Positions 30,515-43,600 of a DNA stretch of 64,000 nucleotides are shown here, piece by piece; within the stretch, counting starts at the first letter, position 1, and each line of letters starts with the position of its first letter. The translations under genes were made by a program, and so were the position numbers. The DNA is from the human T2T-CHM13v2.0 reference genome, Homo sapiens, in NCBI RefSeq assembly GCF_009914755.1, contig NC_060940.1. One strand, 5' to 3'. The notes beneath the pieces were generated by a model, which was not told the origin of the DNA, ran no database searches, and saw nothing but the letters and a program-made list of their open reading frames with translations.

Positions 30515-33500
30515 ATTCGATTCCATTCGACGATGATTCCATTCGATTCCGTTTGATGATTCCATTCTATTCTATTCGATGATGATTCCATTCGATTCCA
30601 TTCGATGATGATTGGATTCGATTCCATTGGATGATTTCATTTGATTCCATTCGTTAATGATTTCGATCAATTCCATTCGATGATTCCATTCGATTCCATT
30701 CGATAATGATTACATCCGAGTCCATTCGATGATTCCCTTTGAGCCTGTTCGATAATTCCATTTGAGTCCAACCAATGATTCCATTCATTTCCATTCAATG
30801 ATTCCATTCGAGTCCATTTGATCATTCCGGTAGGGTCCATTCGATGTTGATTCCATTGGAGTGCATTCGATGATTCCATTCGAGTCCATTTTACGATTTG
30901 ATTCGAGTCCTTTCGATGATTCCATTCGATTCCACTCGATGATGATTTCATTCGAGTCCATTCGACACTTCCAATCGATTCCATTTGATGATTCCATTCG
31001 ATTCCAATTGATGATTCCATTCAATTCCATTCGATGATGATTCCGTACGATTCCATTCTGTGATGATTCCATGTGATTGCATTCAATGATGATTCCTTTC
31101 GATTGCATTCGATTATGATTCATTTCGTGTTCATTCTATGGTTCCACAGGTTTCCATTCGTGTCCATTCCATTATTCCATTCTATTCCATTTGATGATGA
31201 TTCCATTCGATTCCATTCATTGGTGATTCCACTCAATTCCATTCAATGATTCCATTCCATTTCTTTCAACAATGATTCCATTAGTTTCTAATCGATGATC
31301 CACTTGATTCCATTTGACGACGATTCCATTCTTGTCCATTCGATGATTCCATTTGATTCCATATGATGATGATTCCATTCGATTCCATACCATGATGATT
31401 CCATTCGAGTCCATTCAATGGTGATTCCATTCAATTCCATTCGATGATTCCTTTTGATTCCATTCGATGATGATGGCATTCGATTCCTTTCAATCATTCC
31501 CTTTGATTCCATTCAAAGGTGATTTCATTCAAGTCCATTCGATAATTGCATTCGATTCCATTCTATGATGATTCCATTCGAGTCCATTTGATGATTCCAT
31601 TCAATTCAAGTCAATGATGATTCCATTCGATTCCATTCGATGATTCCATTGGATTCCATTCGATGATGATTCCATTCAAATCCATTCGATAATTCAATTC
31701 AAGTCCATTCGATGATGATTCCAATCGAATCCATTCAAAGATTCCATTCAGTTCCATTCGATGATTCCCTTAGATTCCATTCGATGATTCCACTTGATTG
31801 CATTTACGATGATTCCATTCGATTCCATGTGATGATTCCATTCAATTCTATTCAATGATGTCTCCATTTGATTCCATTCGACCATGATTGCCTTTGATTC
31901 CATTCAATGATTCCATTCGGTTCCGTTTGATGATGATTCCGTTCGATTCCATTTGATGATTCCATTTGATTCCATTGGATGAGTCCATTCGATTACATTC
32001 GATGATTATTCCATTCGAGTGCATTAGATGATTCCATTCGAGTCCATTCGATGATTCCACTCGATTCCATTCGTTGACTCCATTTGATCCCATTCGATGA
32101 TTTCCTTTGATTCCCTTTGATGATCATTCCATTTGATTCAATTCGGTGATTTCATTTGATTCCATTCAGTGATGTTTCCATTCGACTCCATTCGATGATG
32201 ATTCCATTCGACTCCATTCGATTATGATTTCATTCAATTCCATTCGATAATGATTCCCTTCGAGTCCATTCGATGATTCCATTCGATTCCATTCAACGAT
32301 GATTTGATTCGTGTCCATTCGATGATTCCATTTGATTCCACTTGATGATGATTCCATTCGAGTCCATTTGATGATTCCATTCAATTCCATACTCCGATGA
32401 TTTCTTTTGAGCCCACTCAATGCTTCCACTCGATTCCATATGATGATGACTCCATTCGATGAAATTCGATGATGATTCCATTCGCTTGCTTTCGATGATG
32501 ATTCCACTTGAGTCCGTTAGAAGATTCTATTCAATTACATTCCATGACGATTCCGTTCGAGTCCATTTGATGATTCCATTAGACTCCATTCGACGATGAT
32601 TCCATTCGATGTTATTCGATGATTCCATTCGATCTCATTCGATGATGATTCCATTCAACTCCATTCGATGTTTCCATTCGAGTTCATTCTATTATTCCAT
32701 TAGATTCCATTCGATGATGATTCCATTCGATTCCATTTGATGATTGCATTCTATTTCATTTGATGATGATTCCATTCGAGTCCACTCGATGATTCCATTC
32801 GAGTCCATTTAATGAATCCATTGGTTTCAATTCTATGATGATTACATTGGATTCCATTCGTTGATGATTTCATTCGGTTCCATTCAATGATGATTCCATT
32901 CAATTCCTTTCAATGTTTCCATTCAATTCCATACGATGATGATTCCATTTGATTTGATTCGACAGTGAGCCATTCGATTCAATTCCATGATGATTCTATT
33001 TGATTCAATTGGTTGACATTTCCATTCGATTCCATTCGATGATGATTCCCTTTGATTCCGTTCAAAGATGATTCCATTCTAGCCCATTCAATCATTCCAT
33101 TCGATTCTATTCAATGATGATTCCATTCATGTCGATTTGGTGATTCCATTTGACTTCATTTGATGATGATTCCTTTCAAGTTCATTAGATGATTCCATTC
33201 GATTCCATTTGATGATGATCCCATTCGAGTCCATTCAGTGATTCCATTCGTTTCCATTCCATGATGATTCCATTCCTTTCCATTCAATGATTCCATTCGA
33301 TTCCGTTTGATGATGATTTCATTCGAGTCCATTTGATGATTCCATTTGATTCCATTCGATGATGATTCCATTCGAGTCCATTCGATGATTCTATTCGAAT
33401 CCATTTGATGATTTCTTTTGATTATATTTGGTGATGATTCCATTGGAGTCCATTCAATGATTCCATTCTATTCCAATCGATGATGATTCCATTAGAGTCC

Positions 33501-36500
33501 ATTTAATGATTCCATTTGATTCCAGTCTCTGATGATTACATTCGAGTCCATACGATGATTCCACTCAATTCCATATGATGATGATTCCATTTGATTCCAT
33601 TCGGTGATTCCGTTCTATTCTATTCAATGGTGATTCCATTCGAGTACATTAGATGATTCCATTCGATTCCATTCAATGATGATTCTATTTGTGTCCCTTA
33701 GATGATTCCACATGATTCCATTAGATGATGATACTATTTGAGCCCATCCAATGATTCCCTTCGATTCCATTCGATGAGGATTCCATTCGATTCAATTCAT
33801 TGGTGATTCTATTCAATTCAATTCTTTGATTCCATTCCATTCCATTCGACAATGATTCCATTCGATTTCTTTCGATGATTCCACTCGATTCCACTTGACA
33901 TTGATTCCATTCGATTCCATTCAATGATTCCATTTGATTCCAGTGGATGATGATTGCCATCGATTCCATTCGATCACTCCATTCTATTCCATTTGATGAT
34001 GATTACATTCGATTCCATTTGATGATTCCATCTGATTCTATTCGAGGATTCCATTTGATTCCATTCGATGATGATTCCATTCGAGTCCATTCGATGATTT
34101 CATTCGAGTACATCCAATGATTCCATTCGAGTCCATTAGATGATTCCATTTGATTCCATTTGAAAATGATTCTACTAGAGTCCATTCAATGACTCCATTC
34201 GAGTCCATTCAACAATTCCATTCGACTCCATTCGATGATTCCATTCGATTCCATTTGATGGTTCCATTCGAGTCCATTTGGTGATTCCACCGGATTTCTT
34301 TTGATAATGATATCATTCAATTACATTTGATGATGATCCCATTCAATTTCATTTGATGATGACTCCATTAGAGTCCATTCGATGATTTCATTCGAGTCCC
34401 TTCATTGATTCCATCCGATTTCATTGGATGATGACTCCATTCGAGTCCATTCGATGATTCCACTCGATTCCATTAGATGATTCCATTGGAGTCCATTTGA
34501 TTGTTCCATTCGATTCCATTCGATTCCTTTCGAAGATTATTCCATTTGAGTCCATTCGATGATGATTCCATTCCATTCCATTCGATGATTCCGTTTGATT
34601 CCATTCGATGATTCCCTTTGATTCCTTTCTTTGATGATTCCATTCCATTCCATTCAATGATTCCATTCGAATCTATTCCATGATGATTCCTTTCGATTCC
34701 ATTCGCTGATGTTTCCGTTCAATTCCATTCGGTGATGATTCCATTCGATTCCATTCATTGAGGATTCCATTTGATTCCATTCAATGATGATTCCATTCTA
34801 TTCCATTCAATGATTGCATTCAATTCCATTCAATGATTATCCCCTTAGAGTAAACTCAACGATTCCATTCAATACCATTCGATGATGATTCCTTTTGAGT
34901 CCATTCAATGATTTCATTCAAGTCCATTTGATGATTCCTTTCAATTCCATTCTATGATGATTCCATTCGAGTCCATTCGATGATTCCATTCGATTGCATT
35001 CGATTATTCCATTATATTCCAGTCAATGATGATTCCATTCGAGTCCATTCGATGATTCCATTAGAGTACATTTAATGATTGCTTTGTTTTCAATTCGAAG
35101 ATGATTACATTGGATTCCATTCTATGATACCATTCGATTCCATTCAATGATGATTCCACTCAAATCCATTGGATGATTCCATTCGTGTCCATTCGGTGAT
35201 TTCATTAGATTCCATTCGAGGATGATTCCATTCGATTCCATTCGATGATTCCATTCAATTCCATTCGATGAAGATTCCATTCCAGTCCATATGATCATTC
35301 CATTTGATTTCATTCGATGATGATTCCATTCGATTCCATTCGATGATTCCATTCTATTCCATTCGATGATGATTCCATTGGAGTCCATTCGATGATTGCA
35401 TTCGAGTCCATTTAATGATTCCATTGGGTTCAATTCAATGATGATTACATTGGATTCCGTTCTATGATTCCATTCAATTCCGTTCATTGACAATTTGATT
35501 CCATTCGATGATGATTCCGTTTGAGTTCATTCGATGATTCTATTCGATTCTCTTCGATGGTGATTCAATTCTATTATATTGGATGATTCCATTCGATTCC
35601 ATTTGATGTTGATTCAATTCGATTCTATTCGATGATGATTCCATTGGATTTCACTTGATGATTCTATTCGATTCCATTCAATGATGATTCACTTCTCGTC
35701 CATTGGATGATTCCATTTCATTCCATTCGATGATGATTCCATTCGATTCCATTCGATGATTCCATTTGATTCCATGCGACGGTGAGCAACTCGATTCAAT
35801 TCCATGATGATTCTATTTGATTCAATTAGATGATGTTTCCATTCGAATCCATTCCATGATTATTCCATTGGAATCCATTTGGTGATGATTCCATATGAGT
35901 CAATTCAATGATGATTCCATATGGGTCCGTTCGATGATAATTCCATTTGATTTCATTCGATGCTTCTATTCTATTCCAGTCGATGATGATTCCGTTGGAG
36001 TCCATACGATGATTCCATTTGATTTCATTTGATGATGATTCCATTCGATGATGATTACATTGGATTCCATTCTATGATTCCATTCAATTCCATTCGTTGA
36101 TGATTCGATTCCATTCAATGATGATTCCATTTGAGTTCATTCGATGATTCTATTCGATTCCGTTCGATGGTGATTCAATTCTCTTATATTGGATGAATCC
36201 ACTCGATTCCATTTGATGATTATTCCATTGGAGTCCACTTAGTGAATCCTTTAGATTCTACTCGAAGATGATTCCATTCGAGTCCATTCAATGATACCAT
36301 TCAATTTCATTCGTTGATGCTTCCATTCAAGTGCATTCGATGATATCATTCGATTCCATTTGATGATAATTCCATTTGATTCCATGCGATGATTCTATTC
36401 GATTCCATTCAATGATAATTCCATCCAATTCAGTGATTCCTCTGGACTCCATTTGATGATGATTCCATTCAATGATTCCATTCGATTCTATTCCAAAATG

Positions 36501-36554
36501 ATTCCATTTGAATCCATTTGATGATGATTCCATTAGATTCCATTTGATGATTCC
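30515..36554 (+). repeat. Higher-order unit copy 6 (6040 bp; 49-bp deletion at ~32058, 23-bp deletion at ~34279)
   Basis: It lacks the GATGTTGATTCTGTTCAAATCC segment and the AATCATTACAGTCGAGTCCATTT segment. Anchor shifts are -49 then -72. Confidence 0.92.
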
Positions 36555-39500
36555 ATTCGATTCCATTTGACGATGATTCCATTCGATTCCATTTGATGAT
36601 TCCATTCTATTCTATTCGATGATGATTCCATTCGATTCCATTTGATGATGATTGGATTCGATTCCATTTGATGATTTCATTTGATTCCATTCGTTAATGA
36701 TTTCGATCAACTCCATTCGATGATTCCATTTGATTCCATTCGATAATGATTACATCCGAGTCCATTCGATGATTCCATTTGAGCCCGTTCGATAATTCCA
36801 TTTGAGTCCAATCAATGATTCCATTCATTTCCATTCAATGATTCCATTCGAGTCCATTTGATCATTCTGGTAGGGTCCGTTCGATGTTGATTCCATTGGA
36901 GTGCATTCGATGATTCCATTCGAGTCCATTTTATGATTTGATTCGAGTCCTTTCGATGATTCCATTCGATTCCACTCGATGATGATTTCATTCGAGTCCA
37001 TTCGACACTTCCAATCGATTCCATTTGATGTTTCCATTCGAGTCCAATTGATGATTCCATTCAATTCCATTCGATGATGATTCCGTACGATTCCATTCTG
37101 TGATGATTCCATGTGATTGCATTCAATGATGATTCCTTTCGATTGCATTCGATTATGATTCATTTCGTGTTCATTCTATGGTTCCACAGGTTTCCATTCG
37201 ATGACGTTTCCGTTCGTGTCCATTCCATTATTCCATTCTATTTCATTTGATGATGATTCCATTCGATTCCATTCATTGGTGATTCCACTCAATTCCATTC
37301 AATGATTCCATTCCATTTCTTTCAACAATGATTCCATTAGTTTCTATTCGATGATCCACTTGATTCCATTTGGCGATGATTCCATTCGTGTCCATTCGAT
37401 GATTCCATTTGATTCCATATGATGATGATTCCATTCGATTCCATACCATGATGATTCCATTCGAGTCCATTCAATGGTGATTCCATTCAATTCCATTCGA
37501 TGATTCCTTCCGATTCCATTCGATGATGATGGCATTCGATTCCTTTCAATCATTCCCTTTGATTCCATTCAAAGGTGATTTCATTCAAGTCCATTCGATA
37601 ATTGCATTCGATTCCATTCTATGATGATTCCATTCGAGTCCATTTGATGATTCCATTCAATTCAAGTCAATGATGATTCCATTCGATTCCACTCGATGAT
37701 TCCATTGGATTCCATTCGATGATGATTCCATTCAAATCCATTCGATAATTCAATTCAAGTCCATTCGATGATGATTCCAATCGAATCCATTCAAAGATTC
37801 CATTCAATTCCATTCGATGATGATTCCCTTAGATTCCATTCGCTGATTCCACTTGATTCCATTTACGATGATTCCATTCGATTCCATGTGATGAATCCAT
37901 TCAATTCTATTCAATGATGTTTCCATTTGATTCCATTGGACCATGATTGCCTTTGATTCCATTCAATGATTCCATTCGGTTCCATTTGATGATGATTCCG
38001 TTCGATTCCATTTCATTATTCCATTTGATTCCATTGGATGAGTCCATTCGATTACATTCGATGATTATTCCATTCGAGTGCATTAGATGATTGCATTCGA
38101 GTCCATTCGATGATTCCATTCGATTCCATTCGATGTTGATTCTGTTCAAATCCATTCGATGATTCCACTCGATTCCATTCGATGACTCCATTTGATCCCA
38201 TTCGATGATTTCCTGTGATTCCCTTTGATGATCATTCTATTTGATTCAATTCGGTGATTTCATTTCATTCCATTCAGTGATGTTTCCATTCGACTGTATT
38301 CGATGATGATTCCATTCGACTCCATTCGATTATGATTTCATTCAATTCCATTCAATAATGATTCCCTTCGAGTCCATTCGATGATTCCATTCGATTCCAT
38401 TCAACGATGATTTGATTCGTTTCCATTCGATGATTCCATTTGATTCCACTTGATGATGATTCCATTCGAGTCTATTTATGTATTATATTCGTGTCCACTT
38501 CATGATTCCATTCAATTCCATTTAATGTTGATTCCATTTGATTCCATTTGATGATTCAGTTCGATTCCTTGCAATGATTCCCTACGATTCCTTTCTATGA
38601 GGATTCCATTAGATTCCATTCATTTATGATTTCATTCGACTCCATTCGATGATGATTCTTTTCGATTCCATTTGACGATGTTTCCATTCGAGTCCATTCG
38701 ATGATGATTCTATTCAATTCTGTTCTATTATGATTCCATTCGATTTCATTCAATGCTTCTATTTGATTCCATTCGATGATGATTCCATCTCTTTCCCTTC
38801 GATGATTCCATTTGATTCCATTCAGTGATGATTCCATTTGATTCCATCTGATGATGATTTCACTTGATTCCTTTCAATGATGATTCAATTCAAGTCCATT
38901 CGATGATTCCATTGGAGTCCAAACGATCATTCCGTTCGATTCCATTCAATGGTGATTCCATTCATGTCCATTCGATGAATCCATTCAATTCCATTCGATG
39001 ATGACTCCATTCGAGTACATTCGATGATTCCATTTGATTCCATTTGAAGATGATTCCATTCAATTCCATTCGAAGATGATTCCATTCAATTCCATTCGAT
39101 GATGATTCCGTATGAATCCATTCTCTGATTATTCCATTTGATTCCATTCATTGACGATTCCATTCAATTCCATTCAATGATGATTCTCTTCTATTCCATT
39201 CGATGATTCCGGTCGATTCCATTCGATGATGATTCCATTAGATTCCATTCGATTGTTGCATTCGATTCCCTTCGATGATGATTCCTTTGAATTCCATTCG
39301 ATTATCATTCCGTATGAATCCATTTGATGATTATTCCATTGGATTCCTTTCGATGATGATTCCATTCGATTCCATTTGATGATGTTTCTCTTGTATTCCA
39401 TTGGATAATTCCTTTCAGTTCCCTTCGATGATTATTCTTTCGAGTCAATTCGATGATTCTATTCCATTCCCTTCGATGATGATTCCATTTCACTCCATTG

Positions 39501-40645
39501 GATGATTCCATTCGACTCAATTTGGTGATGATTCAATTCGATGACATTCGATGACTCCATTCAATTTCATTTGATGATGATTACATTCGAGTCCATTTGA
39601 TGATTGTATTCCTTTCCTTTTGATGATTATTCCATTCGTGTCTATTCAAAGAATCCATTCTATTCCATTCAATGATGATTGCATTTGATTCCATTCAATG
39701 AATATGGCTATCGATTCCACTCGTTGATTCCATTTGATTCCGTTCGATGATTATTCCGTTAGATTCCATTAGAAGATTCCATTCGATTTTATTCAATGAT
39801 TCCAATGGATTCCATTCAATGATGATTCCATTCGACTCCATTCAGTGATTCCATTCGAGTCCATTTGATGATTCCATTCTTTTCCATTTGATGATGATTC
39901 CATTAGGGTCCATTCAATGATTCCATTCGAGTCCATTCGTTAATGCCTTTCGAGTCCTTTTGATCACTACATTCGAGTCCATTCAATGATTCTATTCGAT
40001 TTCATTCCATGATGATTCCATTCGAGTTCATTCGATGATTGCATTCGAGTCCATTTGATGATTCCATATGATTCCATTCGTGTCCATTTGATGATTCCAT
40101 TCATTTCCTATCGATGAAGATTCCATTCAAGGGTATTCGATGATTCCATTCAAATCCATTCGATGATGATTCCATTCCAGTCCATTCGATCATTCCACTT
40201 GATTCCATTTGATGACTATTCCATTCAAATCCATTTGATGATTCCATTCGATTCCATTCGATGTTACCATTCGAGTATATACGATGATTCCACTCGATTC
40301 CATTTGATGATTATTCCATTGGAGTCCACTTAGTGAATCCTTTAGATTCTACTCGAAGATGATTCCATTCGAGTCCATTCGATGATACCATTCAATTCCA
40401 TTCGTTGATGCTTCCATTCAAGTGCATTCGATGATATCATTCGATTCCATTTGATGATAATTCCATTTGATTCCATGCGATGATTCTATTCGATTCCATT
40501 CAATGATAATTCCATTCAATTCAGTGATTCCTCTGGACTCCATTTGATGATGATTCCATTCAATGATTCCATTCGATTCTATTCCAAAATGATTCCATTT
40601 GAATCCATTTGATGATGATTCCATTGGATTCCATTTGATGATTCC
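36555..40645 (+). repeat. Higher-order unit copy 7, interrupted (4091 bp): reference ~1-1900, then a foreign 1.8-kb HSat2 segment, then reference ~5750-6112
   Basis: It is colinear with the reference (+16 and +3 insertions) until ~38472 and resumes at ~40283 (GATGATTCCACTCGATTCCATTTGATGATTATTCCATTGGAGTCCACTTAGTG). The lengths balance: 6112+19-3850+1810=4091. Confidence 0.9.
38473..40282 (+). repeat. Diverged HSat2 segment not belonging to the 6.1-kb unit (single copy in this window)
   Basis: It is still CATTC/GATGAT satellite on the same strand, but it has private landmarks (TATTTATGTATTATATTCG, CCTTGCAATGATTCCCTACG, GAATATGGCTATCG, CAAGGGTATTCG) not seen in other copies. Its ORF translations are also unique (38595-39520). 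Confidence 0.9.
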
Positions 40646-43600
40646 ATTCGATTCCATTCGATGATGATTCCATTCGATTCCATTTGATGATTCCATTCTA
40701 TTCTATTCGATGATGATTCCATTCGATTCCATTCGATGATGATTGGATTCGATTCCATTTGATTCCATTCGATAATGATTTCGATCAATTCCATTCGATG
40801 ATTCCATTCGATTCCATTCGATAATGATTACATCCGAGTCCATTCGATGATTCCATTTGAGCCCGTTCGATAATTCCATTTGAGTCCAATCAATGATTCC
40901 ATTCATTTCCATTCAATGATTCCATTCGAGTCCATTTGATCATTCCGGTAGGGTCCGTTCGATGTTGATTCCATTGGAGTGCATTCGATGATTCCATTCG
41001 AGTCCATTTTAGGATTTGATTCGAGTCCTTTTGATGATTCCATTCGATTCCACTCGATGATTTCATTCGAGTCCATTCGACACTTCCAATCGATTCCATT
41101 TGATGTTTCCATTCGATTCCAATTGATGATTCCATTCAATTCCATTCGATGATGATTCCGTACGATTCCATTCTGTGATGATTCCATGTGATTGCAATCA
41201 ATGATGATTCCTTTCGATTGCATTCGATTATGATTCATTTCGTGTTCATTCTATGGTTCCACAGGTTTCCATTCGATGATGTTTCCATTCGTTTCCATTC
41301 CATTATTAGATTCTATTCCATTTGAAGATGATTCCATTCGATTCCATTCATTGGTGATTCCACTCAATTCCATTCAATGATTCCATTCCATTTCTTTCAA
41401 CAATGATTCCATTAGTTTCTATTCGATGATCCACTTGATTCCATTTGACGATGATTCCATTCGTGTCCATTCGATGATTCCATTTGATTCCATATGATGA
41501 TGATTCCATTCGATTCCATACGATGATGATTCCATTCGAGTCCATTCAATGGTGATTCCATTCAATTCCATTCGATGATTCCTTTCGATTCCATTCAATG
41601 ATGATGGCATTCGATTCCTTTCGATCATTCCCTTTGATTCCATTCAAATGTGATTTCATTCAAGTCCATTCGATAATTGCATTCGATTCCATTCTATGAT
41701 GATTCCATTCGAGTCCATTTGATGATTCCATTCAATTCAAGTCAATGATGATTCCATTCGATTCCACTCGATGATTCCATTGGATTCCATTCGATGATGA
41801 TTCCATTCAAATCCATTCGATAATTCAATTCAAGTCCATTCGATGATGATTCCAATCGAATCCATTCAAAGATTCCACTCAATTCCATTCGATGATGATT
41901 CCCTTAGATTCCATTCGATGATTCCACTTGATTCCATTTACGATGATTCCATTCGATTCCATGTGATGATTCCATTCAATTCTATTCAATGATGTTTCCA
42001 CTTGATTCCATTCGAACATGATTGCCTTTGATTCCATTCAATGATTCCATACGGTTCCATTTGATGATGATTCCATTCGAGTGCATTAGATGATTCCATT
42101 CGAGTCCATTCGATGATTCCATTCGATTCCATTCGATGTTGATTCTGTTCAAATCCATTCGATGATTCCACTCGATTCCATTCGATGACTCCATTTGATC
42201 CCATTCGATGATTTCCTTTGATTCCCTTTGATGATCATTCCATTTGATTCAATTCGGTGATTTCATTTGATTCCATTCAGTGATGTTTCCATTCAACTCC
42301 TTTCGATGATGATTCCATTCGACTCCATTCGATTATGATTTCATTCAATTCCATTCGATAATGATTCCCTTCAAGTCCATTCGATGATTCCATTCGATTC
42401 CATTCAACGATGATTTGATTCGTGTCCATTCGATGATTCCATTTGATTCCATTTGATGATGATTCCATTCGAGTCCCTTTCATGATTCCATTCAATACCA
42501 TTCTCCGATGATTTCTTTTGAGCCCATTCAATGCTTCCACTCGATTCCATATGATGATGACTCCATTTGATGAAATTCCATGATGATTCCATTCGCTTGC
42601 ATTCGATGATGATTCCACTTGAGTCCGTTAGAAGATTCTATTCAATTACATTCCATGACGATTCTGTTCGAGTCCATTTGATGATTCCATTAGACTCCAT
42701 TCAACGATGATTCCATTCGATGTTATTCGATGATGATTCCATTCAACTCCATTCGATGTTTCCATTCGAGTTCATTCTATTATTCCATTAGATTCCATTC
42801 GATGATGATTCCATTCGATTCCATTTGATGATTGCATTCTATTTCATTTGATGATGATTCCATTCGAGTCCATTCGATGATTCCATTCGAGTCCATTTAA
42901 TGAATCCATTGGTTTCAATTCTATGATGATTACATTGGATTCCATACGTTGATGATTTCATTCGATTCCATTCAATGATGATTCCATTCAATTCCATTCA
43001 ATGATTCCATTCAATTCCATACGATGATGATTCCATTTGATTTGATTCGACAGTGAGCCATTCGATTCAATTCCATGATGATTCTATTTGATTCAATTCG
43101 TTGACATTTCCATTCGATTCCATTCGATGATGATTCCATTTGATTCCATTCAAAGATGATTCCATTCTAGCCCATTCAATCATTCCATTCGATTCTATTC
43201 AATGATGATTCCATTCATGTCGATTTGGTGATTCCATTTGACTTCATTTGATGATGATTCCTTTCAAGTTCATTAGATGATTCCATTCGATTCCATTTGA
43301 TGATGATCCCATTCGAGTCCATTCAGTGATTCCACTCGTTTCCATTCCATGATGATTCCATTCCATTCCATTCAATGATTCCATTCGATTCCGTTTGATG
43401 ATGATTTCATTCGAGTCCATTTGATGATTCCATTTGATTCCATTCGATGATGATTACATTCGAGTCCATACGATGATTCCACTCAATTCCATATGATGAT
43501 GATTCCATTCGATTCCATTCGGTGATTCCATTCTATTCTATTCAATGTTGATTCCATTCGAGTACATTAGATGATTCCATTCGATTCCATTCAATGATGA

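Noticed and set aside
38473-38492. AT-rich TATTTATGTATTATATTC at the left junction as a TATA box or promoter
   Set aside because: It can be read as a mutated CATTCGATGATTCCATTC monomer, and no downstream gene or other support exists.
38473-40282. Mobile element insertion (L1, Alu, ERV)
   Set aside because: The block is itself HSat2-like, has no poly(A), LTR, TIR or target-site duplication, and replaces rather than interrupts unit sequence.
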